From Pristiophorus japonicus (taxonomy: Eukaryota), in the NCBI RefSeq assembly GCF_044704955.1, contig NC_091992.1, positions 45,136,001 through 45,200,000 of the forward strand: a stretch of DNA of 64,000 nt. Direction: 5' to 3'. Shown here piece after piece: positions 62,701-64,000 of the stretch (within the stretch, counting starts at the first letter, position 1; every line of letters starts with the position of its first letter). The notes beneath the pieces are model-generated. The model ran no database searches. It was given only the letters and a program-made list of their open reading frames with translations, and was not told the DNA's origin. The position numbers and the translations under genes were made by a program.

Positions 62701-64000
62701 GGGGGGTGGGATTAATGTGTGNNNNNNNNNNNNNNNNNNNNNNNNNNNNNNNNNNNNNNNNNNNNNNNNNNNNNNNNNNNNNNNNNNNNNNNNNNNNNNN
62801 NNNNNNNNNNNNNNNNNNNNNNNNNNNNNNNNNNNNNNNNNNNNNNNNNNNNNNNNNNNNNNNNNNNNNNNNNNNNNNNNNNNNNNNNNNNNNNNNNNNN
62901 NNNNNNNNNNNNNNNNNNNNNNNNNNNNNNNNNNNNNNNNNNNNNNNNNNNNNNNNNNNNNNNNNNNNNNNNNNNNNNNNNNNNNNNNNNNNNNNNNNNN
63001 NNNNNNNNNNNNNNNNNNNNNNNNNNNNNNNNNNNNNNNNNNNNNNNNNNNNNNNNNNNNNNNNNNTGGGGGGGGGATTAATGTGTGTGTGTGTGGGGGG
63101 GGGGGATTAATGTGTGTGTGTGTGTGTGGGGGGGGGGGATTAATGTGTGTGTTTGGGGGGGGAGTGTGGGGGGGGAAGTGTGTGTGGGGGGGGGAAGTGT
63201 GTGTGTGGGGGGGGGAAGTGTGTGTGGGGGGGGGAANNNNNNNNNNNNNNNNNNNNNNNNNNNNNNNNNNNNNNNNNNNNNNNNNNNNNNNNNNNNNNNN
63301 NNNNNNNNNNNNNNNNNNNNNNNNNNNNNNNNNNNNNNNNNNNNNNNNNNNNNNNNNNNNNNNNNNNNNNNNNNNNNNNNNNNNNNNNNNNNNNNNNNNN
63401 NNNNNNNNNNNNNNNNNNNNNNNNNNNNNNNNNNNNNNNNNNNNNNNNNNNNNNNNNNNNNNNNNNNNNNNNNNNNNNNNNNNNNNNNNNNNNNNNNNNN
63501 NNNNNNNNNNNNNNNNNNNNNNNNNNNNNNNNNNNNNNNNNNNNNNNNNNGTGGGGGGGGGATTAGTGTGTGTGTGTGTGTGTGCGGGGGGGGATTAATG
63601 TGTGTGTGGGGGGGGGATTAATGTGTGTGTGTGTGTGTGGGGGGGATTAATGTGTGTGTGTGTGTGTGGGGGGGGGGGATTAATGTGTGTGTTTGGGGGG
63701 GGAGTGTGGGGGGGGAAGTGTGTGTGTGGGGGGGAAGTGTGTGTGGGGGGGAAGTGTGTGTGTGTGGGGGGGAAAGTGTGTGTGTGTGGGGGGGAAGTGT
63801 GTGTGTGTGGGGGGGAAGTGTGTGTGTGTGGGGGGAAGTGTGAGTGTGTGTGTGTGGGGGGGGGGGAAGTGTGTGTGTGGGGGGGGGGGTGTGTGTGTGG
63901 GGGGGGGAAGTGTGTGTGTGGGGGGGAAGTGTGTGTGTGTGGGGGAAGTGTGTGTGTGTGGGGGGGAAGTGTGTGTGTGTGGGGGGGAAGTGTGTGTGTG
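59756..64000. repeat. Compound (G)n-ATTA-(GT)n satellite, changing to (G)n-AA-(GT)n near 63170; many N blocks
   Basis: Directly visible GGGGGGATTAGTGTGTGTGT / GGGGATTAATGTGTGT / GGGGGGAAGTGTGTGT units. Confidence 0.97.

Noticed and set aside
59577-63843. Gly/Val/Cys-rich ORFs in the ORF track
   Set aside because: Translations of the GT/G satellite and N blocks.
59756-64000. Telomeric repeat
   Set aside because: The motif is GGGATTAG plus (GT)n, not tandem TTAGGG or CCCTAA.

Overview
Vertebrate genomic DNA, most likely from a cartilaginous fish (inferred from the mix of CR1 and L2 LINEs, Deu-domain SINEs and PIF/Harbinger elements). Three host genes are visible. (1) An intronless DNAJC30 on the minus strand (30540-31895) with an unusually long N-terminal extension. 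(2) A complete six-coding-exon BCL7B on the plus strand (34555-53429, 209 aa, all junctions GT-AG and in phase), divergent from DNAJC30. (3) The first coding exon of MKS1 (59662-59738), preceded by two RFX X-boxes and followed by a partly N-masked (G)n-ATTA-(GT)n satellite that fills the rest of the window. The first 29 kb is almost entirely repeats: two Harbinger relics with Myb/SANT genes, MITEs, a 28/38-bp minisatellite, L2 and SINE fragments, and an 8.7-kb nested stack of CR1 LINEs. I found no convincing new multi-gene system. The most notable items are the DNAJC30 extension, the DNAJC30-BCL7B-MKS1 gene order, the CTAATCCC-rich satellite in MKS1 intron 1, and several informative retrotransposon junctions. 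All identifications are by eye and from recalled family knowledge, not database searches.
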